Below, piece after piece: positions 49,531-60,353 of a stretch of 64,000 nucleotides of DNA (the first letter of the stretch is position 1; each line of letters begins with the position of its first letter). The translations under genes were made by a program, and so were the position numbers. Location of the stretch: assembly GCA_963695855.1 (NCBI GenBank), contig CAVOHZ010000010.1:640001-704000 (forward strand). The letters run 5' to 3'. The notes under the pieces are model-generated. The model saw only the letters and a list, made by a program, of their open reading frames with translations, was not told the origin of the DNA and searched no databases. Source of the DNA: an uncultured Nitrososphaerales archaeon (GTDB taxonomy: Archaea; Thermoproteota; Nitrososphaeria; Nitrososphaerales; Nitrososphaeraceae).

Positions 49531-49689
49531 ATGACAGGTTTAGAAATATCAGAAAACTGTAAGAAGAATAAACATGTTGATTGTAATGAATGTATGTGTA
49601 ATTGTCACATACCAGGAACAATGGAAAATTTAGCAAAAAAAATTGCTAAATTAGATAAAACTATCCCGGGGATAGGCGAGACCATATAA
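49531..49689 (+). CDS. Small Cys/His-rich putative metal-binding protein (52 aa)
   Basis: MTGLEISENCKKNKHVDCNECMCNCHIPG...; GGAGA just upstream. Confidence 0.65.
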   Translation: MTGLEISENCKKNKHVDCNECMCNCHIPGTMENLAKKIAKLDKTIPGIGETI

Positions 49690-49765
49690 AATCAACTTGT
49701 TTTACTGGGTAGGAAATCGGTATCTTATAGATCACTATTAATGGTAATGATTCAAATAACAAAGA

Positions 49766-50764
49766 TCAAGAATTCCAACCTTTAGGATATGTATTGGGTT
49801 TCATTATTATCCTTTTCATCTTAAATGCAATTCCATTTTTACTTACGGCTATTTGGGGAACAGACATCAGAGATTCTGCTAAACCTACTATTTCTCCTTT
49901 CAAAGTGTACACACCCACCAAGTCTCCAGTATCAAGTTTTTTTGATATTTGTGATATTCCTGGAATTGCCAGTTGTGCACCATGACATAATGCATCTACT
50001 GCGGTATCTCTAATAACCACACAAGGAATTTCAGTTAGACATACCTCTATAGGACTTATTATAATTCGTAATTTTTCTTCATCCTTCTTCTCCTTGTAAG
50101 ACAAATATGCAGAATTCAAATCATGTAGTTTGATCAATCCATTTTTCTCAAAAAAATTACTTACTCTGGTGCGTCGAAGCTCCACCATTGTGGCTCCTGA
50201 ACCTAATACTTCACCGATATCATATATCAATTTTCTTATATAAGTTCCAGCTTGACACAAGATTCTCAAGAGGATAATTCTGTCACCAGATTCCATAAAT
50301 TCTAGTTCATAGATTTTTCTTATTCTAGTCATTCTCTTAACGGAGGAACGTTGTGGAGGTCGTTGGTAAATATCGTCATGAAATTCTCTTAGAACAGACT
50401 CTATCCTTTCTTTTTGTAAGTCAGAATGAATTCTTGCTAATGAATAATATTCTTTCGGACCCAGTAATAAAACAGATAATGCCTTTGTACCTTCTCCTAG
50501 CCCCATTGGTAACAATCCAGTTGCAGCTGGATCTAGCGTTCCGCTATGTCCAGTTTTTTGAATATTCAACATTCTTTTTACCCATGATGCCACCTCATGA
50601 CTGGTTGGTCCGGAAGGTTTATCAATTAATATAATACCATAATCTAGTAATTTATCAAGTGGTCTTTCGAAAGGACTATAGCCATATCTGTCATCGGTGA
50701 CGTTATCACTTAATGTAATCAAATCTTGAAATTGATATAGATTCCTAAATTTCTTTTCAGTCAT
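49766..50764 (-). CDS. cbf5: H/ACA RNP pseudouridine synthase Cbf5
   Basis: DKPSGPTSHEV, GHSGTLDP, QRPPQRSSVKR, GTYIRKL, PUA domain. Confidence 0.96.
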   Translation of the reverse strand: MTEKKFRNLYQFQDLITLSDNVTDDRYGYSPFERPLDKLLDYGIILIDKPSGPTSHEVASWVKRMLNIQKTGHSGTLDPAATGLLPMGLGEGTKALSVLLLGPKEYYSLARIHSDLQKERIESVLREFHDDIYQRPPQRSSVKRMTRIRKIYELEFMESGDRIILLRILCQAGTYIRKLIYDIGEVLGSGATMVELRRTRVSNFFEKNGLIKLHDLNSAYLSYKEKKDEEKLRIIISPIEVCLTEIPCVVIRDTAVDALCHGAQLAIPGISQISKKLDTGDLVGVYTLKGEIVGLAESLMSVPQIAVSKNGIAFKMKRIIMKPNTYPKGWNS

Positions 50765-50851
50765 TTTCAGTGGTATTTTAAACCTCCCATAATTAATTAT
50801 TTATTGAGTTATTTATTGAGTATTCAGATTATTCAAAATAGTAAATCAAAA

Positions 50852-51445
50852 TTAAATTTTCAGATTTTTGACAATATATTTTGATATAGAAATTAGAGAA
50901 TTGAGATCTAAAAGGTCCGTATCCAATACAAAATCAAAAACTGTCAAATCTTTTCCGAATTCATAACCATAGAGATTATGATATATTCTTACATTATTTT
51001 CATCACGGTGTAATATTATTTCTTTTGCTTGTTTAACATTGAGATCATCTCTTTTAGCCATTCTTCTAATTCTATTACTTCGAGATCCCTTTAACCATAT
51101 TTTTATCGATTCCGGGACAAGCCATGGAAGTGTATAACTTGTAACTATTACAGCTCCATGTCTAACTATTTCAACGAGTTTCCTATCAACCTCTATATCA
51201 AAATATGAATTTGACTCTCTTTCTTCCATGAAGTTTTTTGCTTCATCTGTATCCCACCAATCATTCCCAGATACGGAATATCCTTTTTCTGATGCAAGCA
51301 ACTTGAGAACATCGCCTCCGTTATATTGTCTATATCCCAGTTCTTTTGCCAAAGCAGTAGCAAGGGTTGTCTTCCCTACAGCAGGCCAACCCGAAATTAC
51401 TATACTATTTAGTTTTTTGTTTTCATAGGAAATATAATCATGCAT
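50852..51445 (-). CDS. cmk: Cytidylate kinase (archaeal)
   Basis: ISGWPAVGKTT P-loop, D..VD, LYG; canonical position between DUF106 and cbf5. Confidence 0.9.
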   Translation of the reverse strand: MHDYISYENKKLNSIVISGWPAVGKTTLATALAKELGYRQYNGGDVLKLLASEKGYSVSGNDWWDTDEAKNFMEERESNSYFDIEVDRKLVEIVRHGAVIVTSYTLPWLVPESIKIWLKGSRSNRIRRMAKRDDLNVKQAKEIILHRDENNVRIYHNLYGYEFGKDLTVFDFVLDTDLLDLNSLISISKYIVKNLKI

Positions 51446-51446
51446 T

Positions 51447-52055
51447 TCACGTCATACTTGGAAGAGAAGTTTTAGTAAGTTTGGCCACCATACCACTAGT
51501 TCCCAGTGAAGTAATCAGAAACCATCCCCATAAAAAAACTTCTCCTGGAATCGTACAAGCACCTTTTGGTTGCCCTTTATCATCTAGGACAGTATCTATA
51601 GCAACATTGTCAGACGTGCACATTATCCATGGAACATGAAGTGGCGAAAGAGCAACAGTAGAGCCAAAAACTGTAGGGAATACCAAGATCCATAACATGA
51701 ATGAAGGAATCATGTATAATAGCATAGGACGCATCTGTTGTTGTTGCATTTCCATTCCCATTTTTGTCATATATGCTTGCTTTTTCTTTAGTTCACCCAT
51801 CCTTTGTTTATCTTGTTTTTTGATTGCATCCCTATACTCCTTATTGAAGTTTTTTTGTTCCTGCATGACTTTTGTCAGTCTATCAATATCTGTTGTTTTT
51901 TTTCGCAATAGAGCAAATGCAAAATTCAAACCTATAGAAATAAGAGTCGCAATAATCATAGAAGATACCAAATCTGGAAAAATTGGATGCTTTGTATAGG
52001 CGGGTGCCAACCCAGGCATTTGTAAAATTAGATCGCTAATATCCATATCAATCAC
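51447..52055 (-). CDS. EMC3/TMCO1 (DUF106) Oxa1-superfamily membrane protein
   Basis: TM + coiled coil + RPML..IP + WGWFLITS; conserved position after adk. Confidence 0.88.
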   Translation of the reverse strand: MIDMDISDLILQMPGLAPAYTKHPIFPDLVSSMIIATLISIGLNFAFALLRKKTTDIDRLTKVMQEQKNFNKEYRDAIKKQDKQRMGELKKKQAYMTKMGMEMQQQQMRPMLLYMIPSFMLWILVFPTVFGSTVALSPLHVPWIMCTSDNVAIDTVLDDKGQPKGACTIPGEVFLWGWFLITSLGTSGMVAKLTKTSLPSMT

Positions 52056-52645
52056 TCTGACGAATTACTAATTATTAAATTAACTAATTTCTTAGTACAA
52101 TGTTCCAAATGATTCTCATTATTGTGAACAATTTTAAAAGGAGCACCAGATATTACTGAACAACTTGAAATAAGCATCTTCGACACATCTATTTCGTTTT
52201 GAATTGACTCGATTGATATTATATCCCTATCTCTTGAAGAATCATTTTGCCGCCTATGATATATTTCTTCAGGCTTAGCGATAATCAAAACCAAGTTTGA
52301 AGGTTTAAGTAGATTTAGTAGATCCAATGGTAACCCAGGGTAATATCCTTCAAATGTGGTGATAAACAAATGGGTATCGATTATTACAATCTCAGATATT
52401 ATTTCAGAGATTCTAGTTGCAGCTAATTTTTGAAGATTTTTTTGATCCTCAATCTGAAGTCTACGAATTTCATCTCTATTTTTTATATTAACTCTTTTGG
52501 CTTCCTCAAGCATTATCTTTCCGAATTCTGCCAAAGATGTTTTTATCCCGAGTTCTTCTAAAGACTTTTTTACTTCAGATACAATAGTAGTTTTTCCCAC
52601 TCCGGGGATTCCAACTACAATAATTCGTTTATTCTTTTCTACCAA
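52052..52645 (-). CDS. adkA: Adenylate kinase (archaeal)
   Basis: VGIPGVGKTT, RDEIRRL, IIDTH, GYYPGLP, RR..D..R.RD. Confidence 0.93.
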   Translation of the reverse strand: MVEKNKRIIVVGIPGVGKTTIVSEVKKSLEELGIKTSLAEFGKIMLEEAKRVNIKNRDEIRRLQIEDQKNLQKLAATRISEIISEIVIIDTHLFITTFEGYYPGLPLDLLNLLKPSNLVLIIAKPEEIYHRRQNDSSRDRDIISIESIQNEIDVSKMLISSCSVISGAPFKIVHNNENHLEHCTKKLVNLIISNSSE

Positions 52646-54062
52646 TTAAAGCCGCCAGTTTGGGCATATTAGTATCTACTTTTTCTCTTATTAGGAGATT
52701 ATAGTAATTCACAAGAATATCTACCATTAACAGCAATCCAATACCCCCACCAAATAACCCCAAAACGTCTGACACCGATGCCAATAAACCTATCGCTACT
52801 CCACCAATAATAGTTACTGAGGGGATATACTTATCTAGAACATTCTGAACAGAATTTTGAGATCTTCTAAACCCTGGTATTTGTACATCAGCATCAAGGA
52901 GGTTTTTAGCAGCAGATTTAGCAGAGAGTCCCCCTAATTCAACCCATAATCTACCAAAAACAGTAACGATTGACGTAATAAAGATGATATTAACTACAGC
53001 TCTAATTGGGTCCTGAGCAGCGACATCGAGTCCTCTAGGGGTGGTGATATAATACAATAAACCACCAATAGGAGATTGTTGCTGTGCAGGATCAAACTGT
53101 GCTATCCAATTAAAAAAAGGATTATCGTTTTCTGGATTGTAATTTGCCCAAAGCATTTGGCCCATAAATATTGCATTAGCTATCAAGGCAGTGGACAAAA
53201 TTACAGGTATATTAGATACGTATAGCATTTTTATTGGATAAACCGCAGTAAATCCTCTATACTTAGTTGACACTATAGGAATATCAATGTGAATGCCCTG
53301 AGTATACACCAGAAGAGCGAGTACACCACCAGTTAGGATGAACGTGAACACACTTGGTAATTGACCACTCCTAAAGAAAACATCAGAAAGATCGCCATGT
53401 ACTGCGGAGTCAATAACGAATGGTATTATGCCAACAGGTCCATCTGGACCCGCAACAGGGGTAAACACACTCCACAAGATGGTTTGCGCGACTCCAGCCG
53501 CAATAAAAAGACTAATACCAGAACCCAATCCCCAGCCTTTTTGGATTAATTCATCCAACAACATTACAATTAGACTAGTAAATATCAATTGAGCAATGAG
53601 AACATAGGTATAAGCAGGAGAGGCTACCAACTGGCCGTAAACACTAGCACCATATAGAGTTCCCTCAGCGCAAATAACCATAATAGTAACTAACTTAGTT
53701 GCAGAAGTAAAAAGTGCTCTATCATCAGGATTTTTGAAATTTAATTTTAGAATATCAGAGCCTTTAAGTAATTGCATTAGAAGCCCTGCCGTAACAATAG
53801 GTCCAATACCAAGTTCGAGAATAGTTCCTTGCTGTGCAGCAAATATAACTCGAGCAAATGCTAGGAAGTCAAATTGAGGTTCATCAGTGACACCATAAAG
53901 GGGTACTTGACCCATAACAAGATATGCAAATACTGCTATACCACACCAAACAAATTTCTCTGTAAGAGTTATTTTCTTCTTTGGCTTTTCTACTTGAGGA
54001 ATATAACGGGATATAGTTTTAATAGACTTGCGTATAAAACCCTCATTCTGAACTGTACTCAT
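52629..54062 (-). CDS. secY: Preprotein translocase SecY
   Basis: ELGIGPIVTA, KGWGLGSGISLFI, YVSNIPVIL, IPGFR. Confidence 0.97.
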   Translation of the reverse strand: MSTVQNEGFIRKSIKTISRYIPQVEKPKKKITLTEKFVWCGIAVFAYLVMGQVPLYGVTDEPQFDFLAFARVIFAAQQGTILELGIGPIVTAGLLMQLLKGSDILKLNFKNPDDRALFTSATKLVTIMVICAEGTLYGASVYGQLVASPAYTYVLIAQLIFTSLIVMLLDELIQKGWGLGSGISLFIAAGVAQTILWSVFTPVAGPDGPVGIIPFVIDSAVHGDLSDVFFRSGQLPSVFTFILTGGVLALLVYTQGIHIDIPIVSTKYRGFTAVYPIKMLYVSNIPVILSTALIANAIFMGQMLWANYNPENDNPFFNWIAQFDPAQQQSPIGGLLYYITTPRGLDVAAQDPIRAVVNIIFITSIVTVFGRLWVELGGLSAKSAAKNLLDADVQIPGFRRSQNSVQNVLDKYIPSVTIIGGVAIGLLASVSDVLGLFGGGIGLLLMVDILVNYYNLLIREKVDTNMPKLAALIGRKE

Positions 54063-54477
54063 TGTAAATTACGTTCCCCCCAACTGCCTGAATTTTTTCC
54101 AAGGCTTTTTTTGAAATTCTGGCGATTTTGATAGTTAATTTTGTATTTATTTTACCTGCGCCTAATAACTTGTCATATCCAAGAGAAGATAAATCAAAAA
54201 AATTCTGATGCTTTGTGTTATCTTTATTTTTACTATATAAAGAATCAAGGTCCCTTAAATTCAACCATTTTTTCACATAATTTTTATGATGAGAATTACT
54301 TTGAGGGTGACCAAAGTGATCTGGTTCCTCGATAACAGTTCTTATCCAGAAATGTTTATGCTTTCCAGCTTGTCCAACACCACCTCTAGATCCAGATTGA
54401 CGGTGTTGTCCTATCTGACCCCAACCGCAATACCTACTTCCTCTTTGTTTCCTGCTTTTTCTTAATCTAGTGGCCAT
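54043..54477 (-). CDS. rpl15: 50S ribosomal protein uL15
   Basis: RKQRGSR..GWG...HR..GSRGG.G.AG, KLLG.G, EKI...GG. Confidence 0.95.
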   Translation of the reverse strand: MATRLRKSRKQRGSRYCGWGQIGQHRQSGSRGGVGQAGKHKHFWIRTVIEEPDHFGHPQSNSHHKNYVKKWLNLRDLDSLYSKNKDNTKHQNFFDLSSLGYDKLLGAGKINTKLTIKIARISKKALEKIQAVGGNVIYNEYSSE

Positions 54478-54561
54478 AACCTATATCCTCAAACATATTG
54501 AATTATTAAAAACAGTTAGCGTAATCATTCTTATTCTTTGATAAATAAAATTTTGCGGTAT

Positions 54562-55020
54562 TTATATCATTCTCCTAATAAGTTCAATAAGTTCATCATT
54601 TTCACCAAGTATTCCTTTTTGCGAGTACTGAGTTTTTGTTTTCCTTTTAAAACCACCTTTTGGAGAATTTAGCGAGAACCAAGGTTTAACCTCTTTAATA
54701 TCGGATAAACTAAGATTATTTTCGAATATAGATTTTGCTAATTCATCTAGTGACTTGAATGTAGAAGGGAGATTACCAATAGTGAGGTTTCTTAATCCAC
54801 TAACTTTTCCTCTTCGCTCTAATAATTCTTGGATTATAGAACCATCTACAGATTTCCAAGCCACCATGTCTTTAACCTTCCTTAACATCCCCAAGGTCTG
54901 AGAATCCTCTTTAATAATAGTAGCGTTGAATTTTCTCCTTAGATTAAGATTCTCTAATGTTTTTTCAGCCCAAATTGGAGCATTTACCAATCCACGGATT
55001 CTTATTACTAAATAAACCAT
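54562..55020 (-). CDS. rpl30: 50S ribosomal protein uL30
   Basis: VIRIRG, GMLRKVKD, F.L..PKGGFK, LIRRMI. Confidence 0.95.
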   Translation of the reverse strand: MVYLVIRIRGLVNAPIWAEKTLENLNLRRKFNATIIKEDSQTLGMLRKVKDMVAWKSVDGSIIQELLERRGKVSGLRNLTIGNLPSTFKSLDELAKSIFENNLSLSDIKEVKPWFSLNSPKGGFKRKTKTQYSQKGILGENDELIELIRRMI

Positions 55021-55028
55021 CTTATTTA

Positions 55029-55673
55029 TCAACCCGCTGCATACGTACTTCTTAAAGCATCAAAGATAGCCTTTGTAGTAGAGGCCATTGTACTTGTCGC
55101 CCCGAAGGATTTTGTCCAAGCATCATTTAATCCAGCCAACTTGAGTAATGATCTAATGTTTTCACCAGCAACTAGACCCAGACCTCGAGGACCGGGCAAT
55201 ATTTCAATTGTGACACTGCCACCTCTGCCTGATACCTTAAAAGGTATTGAATGAAGTTGATTACATCTACACTCCCAACTTCCACATCCAAGTTTAATTG
55301 GAATAACATTTAAATATGCAGAATTAATTGCCTTATCAATAGCATTTCGCATTTGCGCTGCTTTCCCCTTCCCTATTCCAAACCATCCATTTTCATTACC
55401 CACGGCCACTAATGCATTGAACCTTGTCATCTCACCTGCGTCAGTTTGTTTTTGCACTATTCCTACATGCACTACCTGGCTTTTAATATCTGGAAGAAGA
55501 TGTTTAACTATTTCCGATTCTTGAATCCTCATTCCATTTTCAAACACTTGCTCCATTGAACTGATCTTCCCACCAGCAACCATTATCCCTAAGGTTGTCC
55601 TTGGTTTCCATTCTACTTGTTTTTCGTCCCTACTTCTTGTATATTGTGAATTTTTCGAAAATTGTTGAATCAT
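55029..55673 (-). CDS. rps5: 30S ribosomal protein uS5
   Basis: WKPRT.LG, QKQTDAGE, GCGSWEC, PGPRGLG. Confidence 0.96.
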   Translation of the reverse strand: MIQQFSKNSQYTRSRDEKQVEWKPRTTLGIMVAGGKISSMEQVFENGMRIQESEIVKHLLPDIKSQVVHVGIVQKQTDAGEMTRFNALVAVGNENGWFGIGKGKAAQMRNAIDKAINSAYLNVIPIKLGCGSWECRCNQLHSIPFKVSGRGGSVTIEILPGPRGLGLVAGENIRSLLKLAGLNDAWTKSFGATSTMASTTKAIFDALRSTYAAG

Positions 55674-55718
55674 TTATTAAATATCTCCATTATTAATACA
55701 AGTTTCATCTTCTTTCCA

Positions 55719-56342
55719 TTACGAATTGTTATCTGCTATTTTATCTTTATTGTTAGAGGACATTTCCAAATCTGTTGTACTTAAATTAGATATTTTGTTT
55801 TTAATTTCTTCAAAATGTCTTTTATAATCTTCAGGTTCTAATCCTTTTTTTATTATACTGGAAAACCTCATCATGTACTGATCCTTATTTTGCTTCAATG
55901 AAAAAGCGTAAGTTGATATATGTTCCCCGTTAAGTCTATCTTCTGCCGGAATTGACTTTTCGGATGAAGGTACCTTGATGCCACCATCGATAATTCCTTT
56001 GAGACAGGCAGCAATTCTTTGAGTAAATGTATCTCTTCCAGTATACAGTACTGCATTTTTAACGCCTTTGAAAGAGCCTTTTTTCCCTAATAACAAGCCA
56101 GTAAGATAGCAAGCTGGAAGAGAATTATTGGAACCCTTCCATCCAAAAGATTCCAAGTTTGTAGAATGAGCAAAGGCAATTACCTTATCTCCGACGATAT
56201 TAGGTTCAAGCAACTGCGTAAGAATATTTTGATTACTTAATTTTACTGTTATAAATTGTTGGTTACTTTGCAATAACGAAGAACGCTTATGATAATTAGT
56301 TTTTTTCTCTCTTATTCGCTTTAACGTGTGAACATACGTCAA
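55719..56342 (-). CDS. rpl18: 50S ribosomal protein uL18
   Basis: KTNYHKR, PACYLTG, KG..DGG..VP, R..GEHI. Confidence 0.95.
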   Translation of the reverse strand: MTYVHTLKRIREKKTNYHKRSSLLQSNQQFITVKLSNQNILTQLLEPNIVGDKVIAFAHSTNLESFGWKGSNNSLPACYLTGLLLGKKGSFKGVKNAVLYTGRDTFTQRIAACLKGIIDGGIKVPSSEKSIPAEDRLNGEHISTYAFSLKQNKDQYMMRFSSIIKKGLEPEDYKRHFEEIKNKISNLSTTDLEMSSNNKDKIADNNS

Positions 56343-56420
56343 TACATATCATCTCCAATTTGTTGAATATTAGATGCAGATTATCAAAATCACTTATAAA
56401 CGTTTTATTAAAACAATTAA

Positions 56421-57206
56421 CTAAACAGTCTTAGAACTTATTCTATTGGCGATTAAAGATGCAAATGCTCCTGCACCAATTCCATTATCTATATTTACCA
56501 CAGTGAGTCCCAAAGCACAGCTTTGAAGCATCGTGGAAAGGGCCGCAATACCATTGGAGCCAAAACCATATCCAATAGAAGTAGGTACTCCTATAACGGG
56601 TATGTCTACACATGATGATACTATTGAAGCTAAAGCTCCTTCCATTCCTGCGACTACAACAATTGCATGCACGTTATCAGATATCATTTTTTTGAGAGAG
56701 GGAAAAATTCGATGAATACCTGCTATACCTACGTCATATGAAACAATTGCATCACATCCCATTGCTTTAGATACTAGTCGAGCTTCTTCTGCAATGCCCA
56801 CATCTGATGTACCAGCAGAAAAAATACCGATTTTGGAATTCGGATTAGTTTTCATTACTAGATCTTTCGATAACAGAATTGTAGAACTATTTTTACCAAT
56901 TTCAAAAAATAGATTATTTTTTCTAGAAAATTCTCGTATCTTCTTGATGTATTCCTTTGGTGTTCTACTGATAATTACCTTTTCATTTTTTTTTATGATC
57001 CGCTTAAGAATAACAAGAATGTCTAAATATGATTTTCTTTCTCCATAAATAATCTCTGGAATACCTCTTCTTATTTCTCTATGTATATCCAAGTTTGCGA
57101 TGTTATTTCCAATATTTTCTACATAATTATATGAAATTATTTTTTTAAAGTCCTCTAGAGAAATCTTTCCAGTATTGTATTCTTTTAGAAGAACATCTAA
57201 ATCCAT
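56421..57206 (-). CDS. larB: Nickel-pincer cofactor biosynthesis protein LarB
   Basis: D..R..RRG.PEIIYG..K, AGTSD, DVGIAGIHR, AGMEGAL, PTSIGYG, VVNIDNG.GA. Confidence 0.93.
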   Translation of the reverse strand: MDLDVLLKEYNTGKISLEDFKKIISYNYVENIGNNIANLDIHREIRRGIPEIIYGERKSYLDILVILKRIIKKNEKVIISRTPKEYIKKIREFSRKNNLFFEIGKNSSTILLSKDLVMKTNPNSKIGIFSAGTSDVGIAEEARLVSKAMGCDAIVSYDVGIAGIHRIFPSLKKMISDNVHAIVVVAGMEGALASIVSSCVDIPVIGVPTSIGYGFGSNGIAALSTMLQSCALGLTVVNIDNGIGAGAFASLIANRISSKTV

Positions 57207-57214
57207 GGTTATAT

Positions 57215-58129
57215 TTACAATCCTAATGATTTTATCGCTTCTTTAACACTTTTTACTCCTAGATCAAATATGGACCTTTCAGATTTGTCTAGCTCAAGTT
57301 CGATTATTTTTTCTATTCCTTGAGATCCTAACACCACTGGAACTCCAATACACAATTCTGATATACCATATTCTCCTTCCACATATGCCGAGACAGGAAT
57401 AACCATCTTTTTGTCCTTTACAATACTTTCAATCATGGTTGCAACAGCATTCCCGGGAGCATATACAGTTGCACCCTTTAGAGAAATTACTTCAGCTGCC
57501 ACATTCTTAGTTTTTTCAAATATTTTGTTTGATTCTTCACCAGATAAAAGGTCTTTTAGCGGTATTCCACCAATAGAAGAAAATCTTATCAAAGGTAACA
57601 TATTTTCTCCGTGCTCCCCTATTACCATAGCCTGAATTGAATCCCTAGAATAGCCTTTAACATCATGAATAAAACTTTTGAATCTCGATAGATCGAGCAT
57701 ACCTCCCATCCCCATTACTTTGTTTTTCGGAAAATTGGTAGTTTTTAAAGCTAAATAGGTCATGGGATCCAATGGATTTGTTACTACGACCAAATTACTA
57801 TTTTTCGCATATAATGATATTTTATTAGAAACTTCTTTCACAACAGTAGCATTTCTATTCAAAAGATCCATTCGAGTCATTCCTGGTTTTCTTCCTATCC
57901 CAGCAACCAAGACGACAAAATTTGAATTCCTCATATCTTCATAATCATTCGAACCTTTGATTCTTGGATCAAATCCTCTTTCAGATAATTGATGATTAAT
58001 ATCCATAGCTTCTCCTTGGGGAAGTCCTTCGATTACATCTAACAATAAAACATCATCTAATTCTCTTAATGCACAATTTAATGCCACAGAAGCACCAACT
58101 CTTCCGGATCCTATTATTGTAATTGTCAT
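57215..58129 (-). CDS. mdh: Malate dehydrogenase (LDH-like)
   Basis: [32 protein letters not shown]. Confidence 0.93.
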   Translation of the reverse strand: MTITIIGSGRVGASVALNCALRELDDVLLLDVIEGLPQGEAMDINHQLSERGFDPRIKGSNDYEDMRNSNFVVLVAGIGRKPGMTRMDLLNRNATVVKEVSNKISLYAKNSNLVVVTNPLDPMTYLALKTTNFPKNKVMGMGGMLDLSRFKSFIHDVKGYSRDSIQAMVIGEHGENMLPLIRFSSIGGIPLKDLLSGEESNKIFEKTKNVAAEVISLKGATVYAPGNAVATMIESIVKDKKMVIPVSAYVEGEYGISELCIGVPVVLGSQGIEKIIELELDKSERSIFDLGVKSVKEAIKSLGL

Positions 58130-58284
58130 TTTGATCGATTGTTCATTTAGACAAATTATAATCTTACTAAAATAGTTTCTAATTGAAATGGTCAGTTTGA
58201 GATAATAACTTCTTTATAGTATCTTAATAACTATATATAAGTATGATAATGTACTTCCGAAAATAATATTAAAAGGAGTACAAA

Positions 58285-59526
58285 ATGTCAAATATTACAA
58301 TAATTGACCCTCAGATCTCAGGGATTTCAGGCGACATGTTAATGTCTGCATTAGTGGATGCAGGCGCTGATAAAAAGAAAATTATTGATTCTATATATGA
58401 ATGTGAAAAATATATTACTGGAAGTAAAATAGTTGATGCGAAATTTGAAAAGATAAGTGTTCATGGTTTTAAGGCAACGAGATTTTTTTTTAAATATCAG
58501 GATAAAACTTTGAAAAGAAAAGCAATTGACATGTACAAGATTCTATCGAAGTGCGCTGAAAATTTAAATCTAGACCCCCGAGCGAATAGTTTTTTACTGA
58601 ACTCTTTAAAAACTTTAATAAATGCTGAAAGTAGAATTCATGGCAAACCAGTTGAAAAGATTCATTTGCATGAAGCTTCTAGTATAGACACATTTGTGGA
58701 TTTAATTGGATGTTCTATTGCACTGGAAAACTTAAAAATTTTTGACTCAAGAATAGTTACGACTCATATTTCAGTTGGTAGCGGACTAATAGAATTTTCT
58801 CATGGAACGGTTGCTAATCCTAGTAACGCAATTTTAGAAATATTCCGAGGTAGATCATTTGTTTTATCTGGCAACAATCTTGGAGAGATTACCACACCAA
58901 CTGGAGCATCCATGCTAGTAAATCTTACATCAGAATGTGTAGATTATTACCCTAAATTTGTTCCGATTAAGATTGGACTAGGTAATGGTCAAAAGGAATT
59001 TCTTACCTATCCGAACATTCTCAGAGTAATAATAGCGAAGGATCCTATTAATTCTAAAACAAATTACGAGGATGTAGTACTATTAGAAACTAATATTGAT
59101 GATTTATCTGGGGAAATATTAGGCAATTTGATTGAGGTAATTATGAAGGAAGGAGCAAAAGATGTCACAGTAATTCCTGGGATAACAAAGAAAAATAGAC
59201 CTGTTCACATATTAAGAATAATTACTGATAGATTGAAAATAAATGACATTGCTGAGAAAATATATATTGAATCTGGCACTTCAGGCATTAGAATTCAAGA
59301 CTTGAATAGAATAGCATTGTTTAGAAATATTATAACTATGCCGATATCCGTAAAAAATAAAACTTACAATGTAAGAGTAAAAATTGTAAAAGATCCATAT
59401 AATAAAATAATAAACGTAAAACCCGAATATGACGATCTGAAAAAGATAGCGGAGGCTAGTGGTATGTCATTAAGAAAAGTTATGAATTACGCTACATGTC
59501 AGACAATGGAAAAATTTGATGAGTGA
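58285..59526 (+). CDS. larC: Nickel-pincer cofactor biosynthesis protein LarC (single ORF)
   Basis: GISGDM..SALVD.G, AE..IHG....IHLHE, SHG, TPTGA, LETNIDD, KKNRP, KPEYDD. Confidence 0.93.
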   Translation: MSNITIIDPQISGISGDMLMSALVDAGADKKKIIDSIYECEKYITGSKIVDAKFEKISVHGFKATRFFFKYQDKTLKRKAIDMYKILSKCAENLNLDPRANSFLLNSLKTLINAESRIHGKPVEKIHLHEASSIDTFVDLIGCSIALENLKIFDSRIVTTHISVGSGLIEFSHGTVANPSNAILEIFRGRSFVLSGNNLGEITTPTGASMLVNLTSECVDYYPKFVPIKIGLGNGQKEFLTYPNILRVIIAKDPINSKTNYEDVVLLETNIDDLSGEILGNLIEVIMKEGAKDVTVIPGITKKNRPVHILRIITDRLKINDIAEKIYIESGTSGIRIQDLNRIALFRNIITMPISVKNKTYNVRVKIVKDPYNKIINVKPEYDDLKKIAEASGMSLRKVMNYATCQTMEKFDE

Positions 59527-60350
59527 TTGTTGACATGCGCGATTATGAAATCAGTTTCATTAGATTAAAAGAATGGTTTAGTGAAAATACAGATGGCAGG
59601 GTTGTGGTAGCGTTATCTGGAGGGGTAGATAGTGCAGTCGTTGCTCTGGCTGCAAAACATACACTACAAGATAATGCATTAGCTATCACAGCAAATTATA
59701 AGACCTTAGCTGAATCAGAAATGAATACTGCAATAAATATAGCTAAGGAAATAGGTATCAGACACATAATAATAGAATATAGTGAACTAGATGATCCGAA
59801 TTTCATAAGAAACGATAATTTGAGATGTTACTATTGTAGAAAATCTCTTTCAGAATATCTTTTATCGTATTCAAAATTATTCAATATTTCGTGTATTGTT
59901 GACGGTACTAATGTGGATGATCTGATGGATTATAGACCAGGAATAAAAGCCCTAAGAGAATACGGAATAAAAAGTCCGCTATTAGAGATCAAAATAGAGA
60001 AACATATGATAAGAAAAATTGCTAAAAATTATGGTCTATCCATTTCCAATAAGCCATCAAATTCATGTCTTGCATCAAGGATACCATATGGCAAAAAGAT
60101 CACACAAGAAAAGTTAACAAAAATAGAGAACGCAGAGAAGATAGTAAAAGAATTATTCAAAGTTGAACAAGTACGGGTAAGAGATCATGAGAAGATTGCA
60201 CGAATTGAGATAGGAACTGATGAATTTGGAAAAATGTTTGATTCCAATAAATTAAAAATATTGAATTCCAAATTAAGAGAGATTGGATTCCAATATGTTA
60301 CTTTAGATTTAGCAGGGTATAAATCTGGCAATTTGGTTGTGATAGAATAA
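59523..60350 (+). CDS. larE: ATP-dependent sulfur transferase LarE
   Basis: ALSGGVDS PP-loop, RCYYCR, DGTN.DD..DYRPG, SCLASRIPYG, QVRVR.H...ARIE. Confidence 0.93.
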   Translation: MIVDMRDYEISFIRLKEWFSENTDGRVVVALSGGVDSAVVALAAKHTLQDNALAITANYKTLAESEMNTAINIAKEIGIRHIIIEYSELDDPNFIRNDNLRCYYCRKSLSEYLLSYSKLFNISCIVDGTNVDDLMDYRPGIKALREYGIKSPLLEIKIEKHMIRKIAKNYGLSISNKPSNSCLASRIPYGKKITQEKLTKIENAEKIVKELFKVEQVRVRDHEKIARIEIGTDEFGKMFDSNKLKILNSKLREIGFQYVTLDLAGYKSGNLVVIE

Positions 60351-60353
60351 TTT

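Noticed and set aside
50560-50630. Possible cbf5 pre-mRNA intron as in some Crenarchaeota
   Set aside because: The DKPSGPTSHEV region is continuous and in frame
50797-50820. 12-bp tandem repeat TTATTTATTGAG upstream of cbf5
   Set aside because: Low-complexity two-copy slippage with no evidence of function
56343-56420. Break of the ribosomal operon upstream of uL18 as a novel rearrangement
   Set aside because: No mobile-element scar; split ribosomal clusters are, as I recall, usual in this lineage
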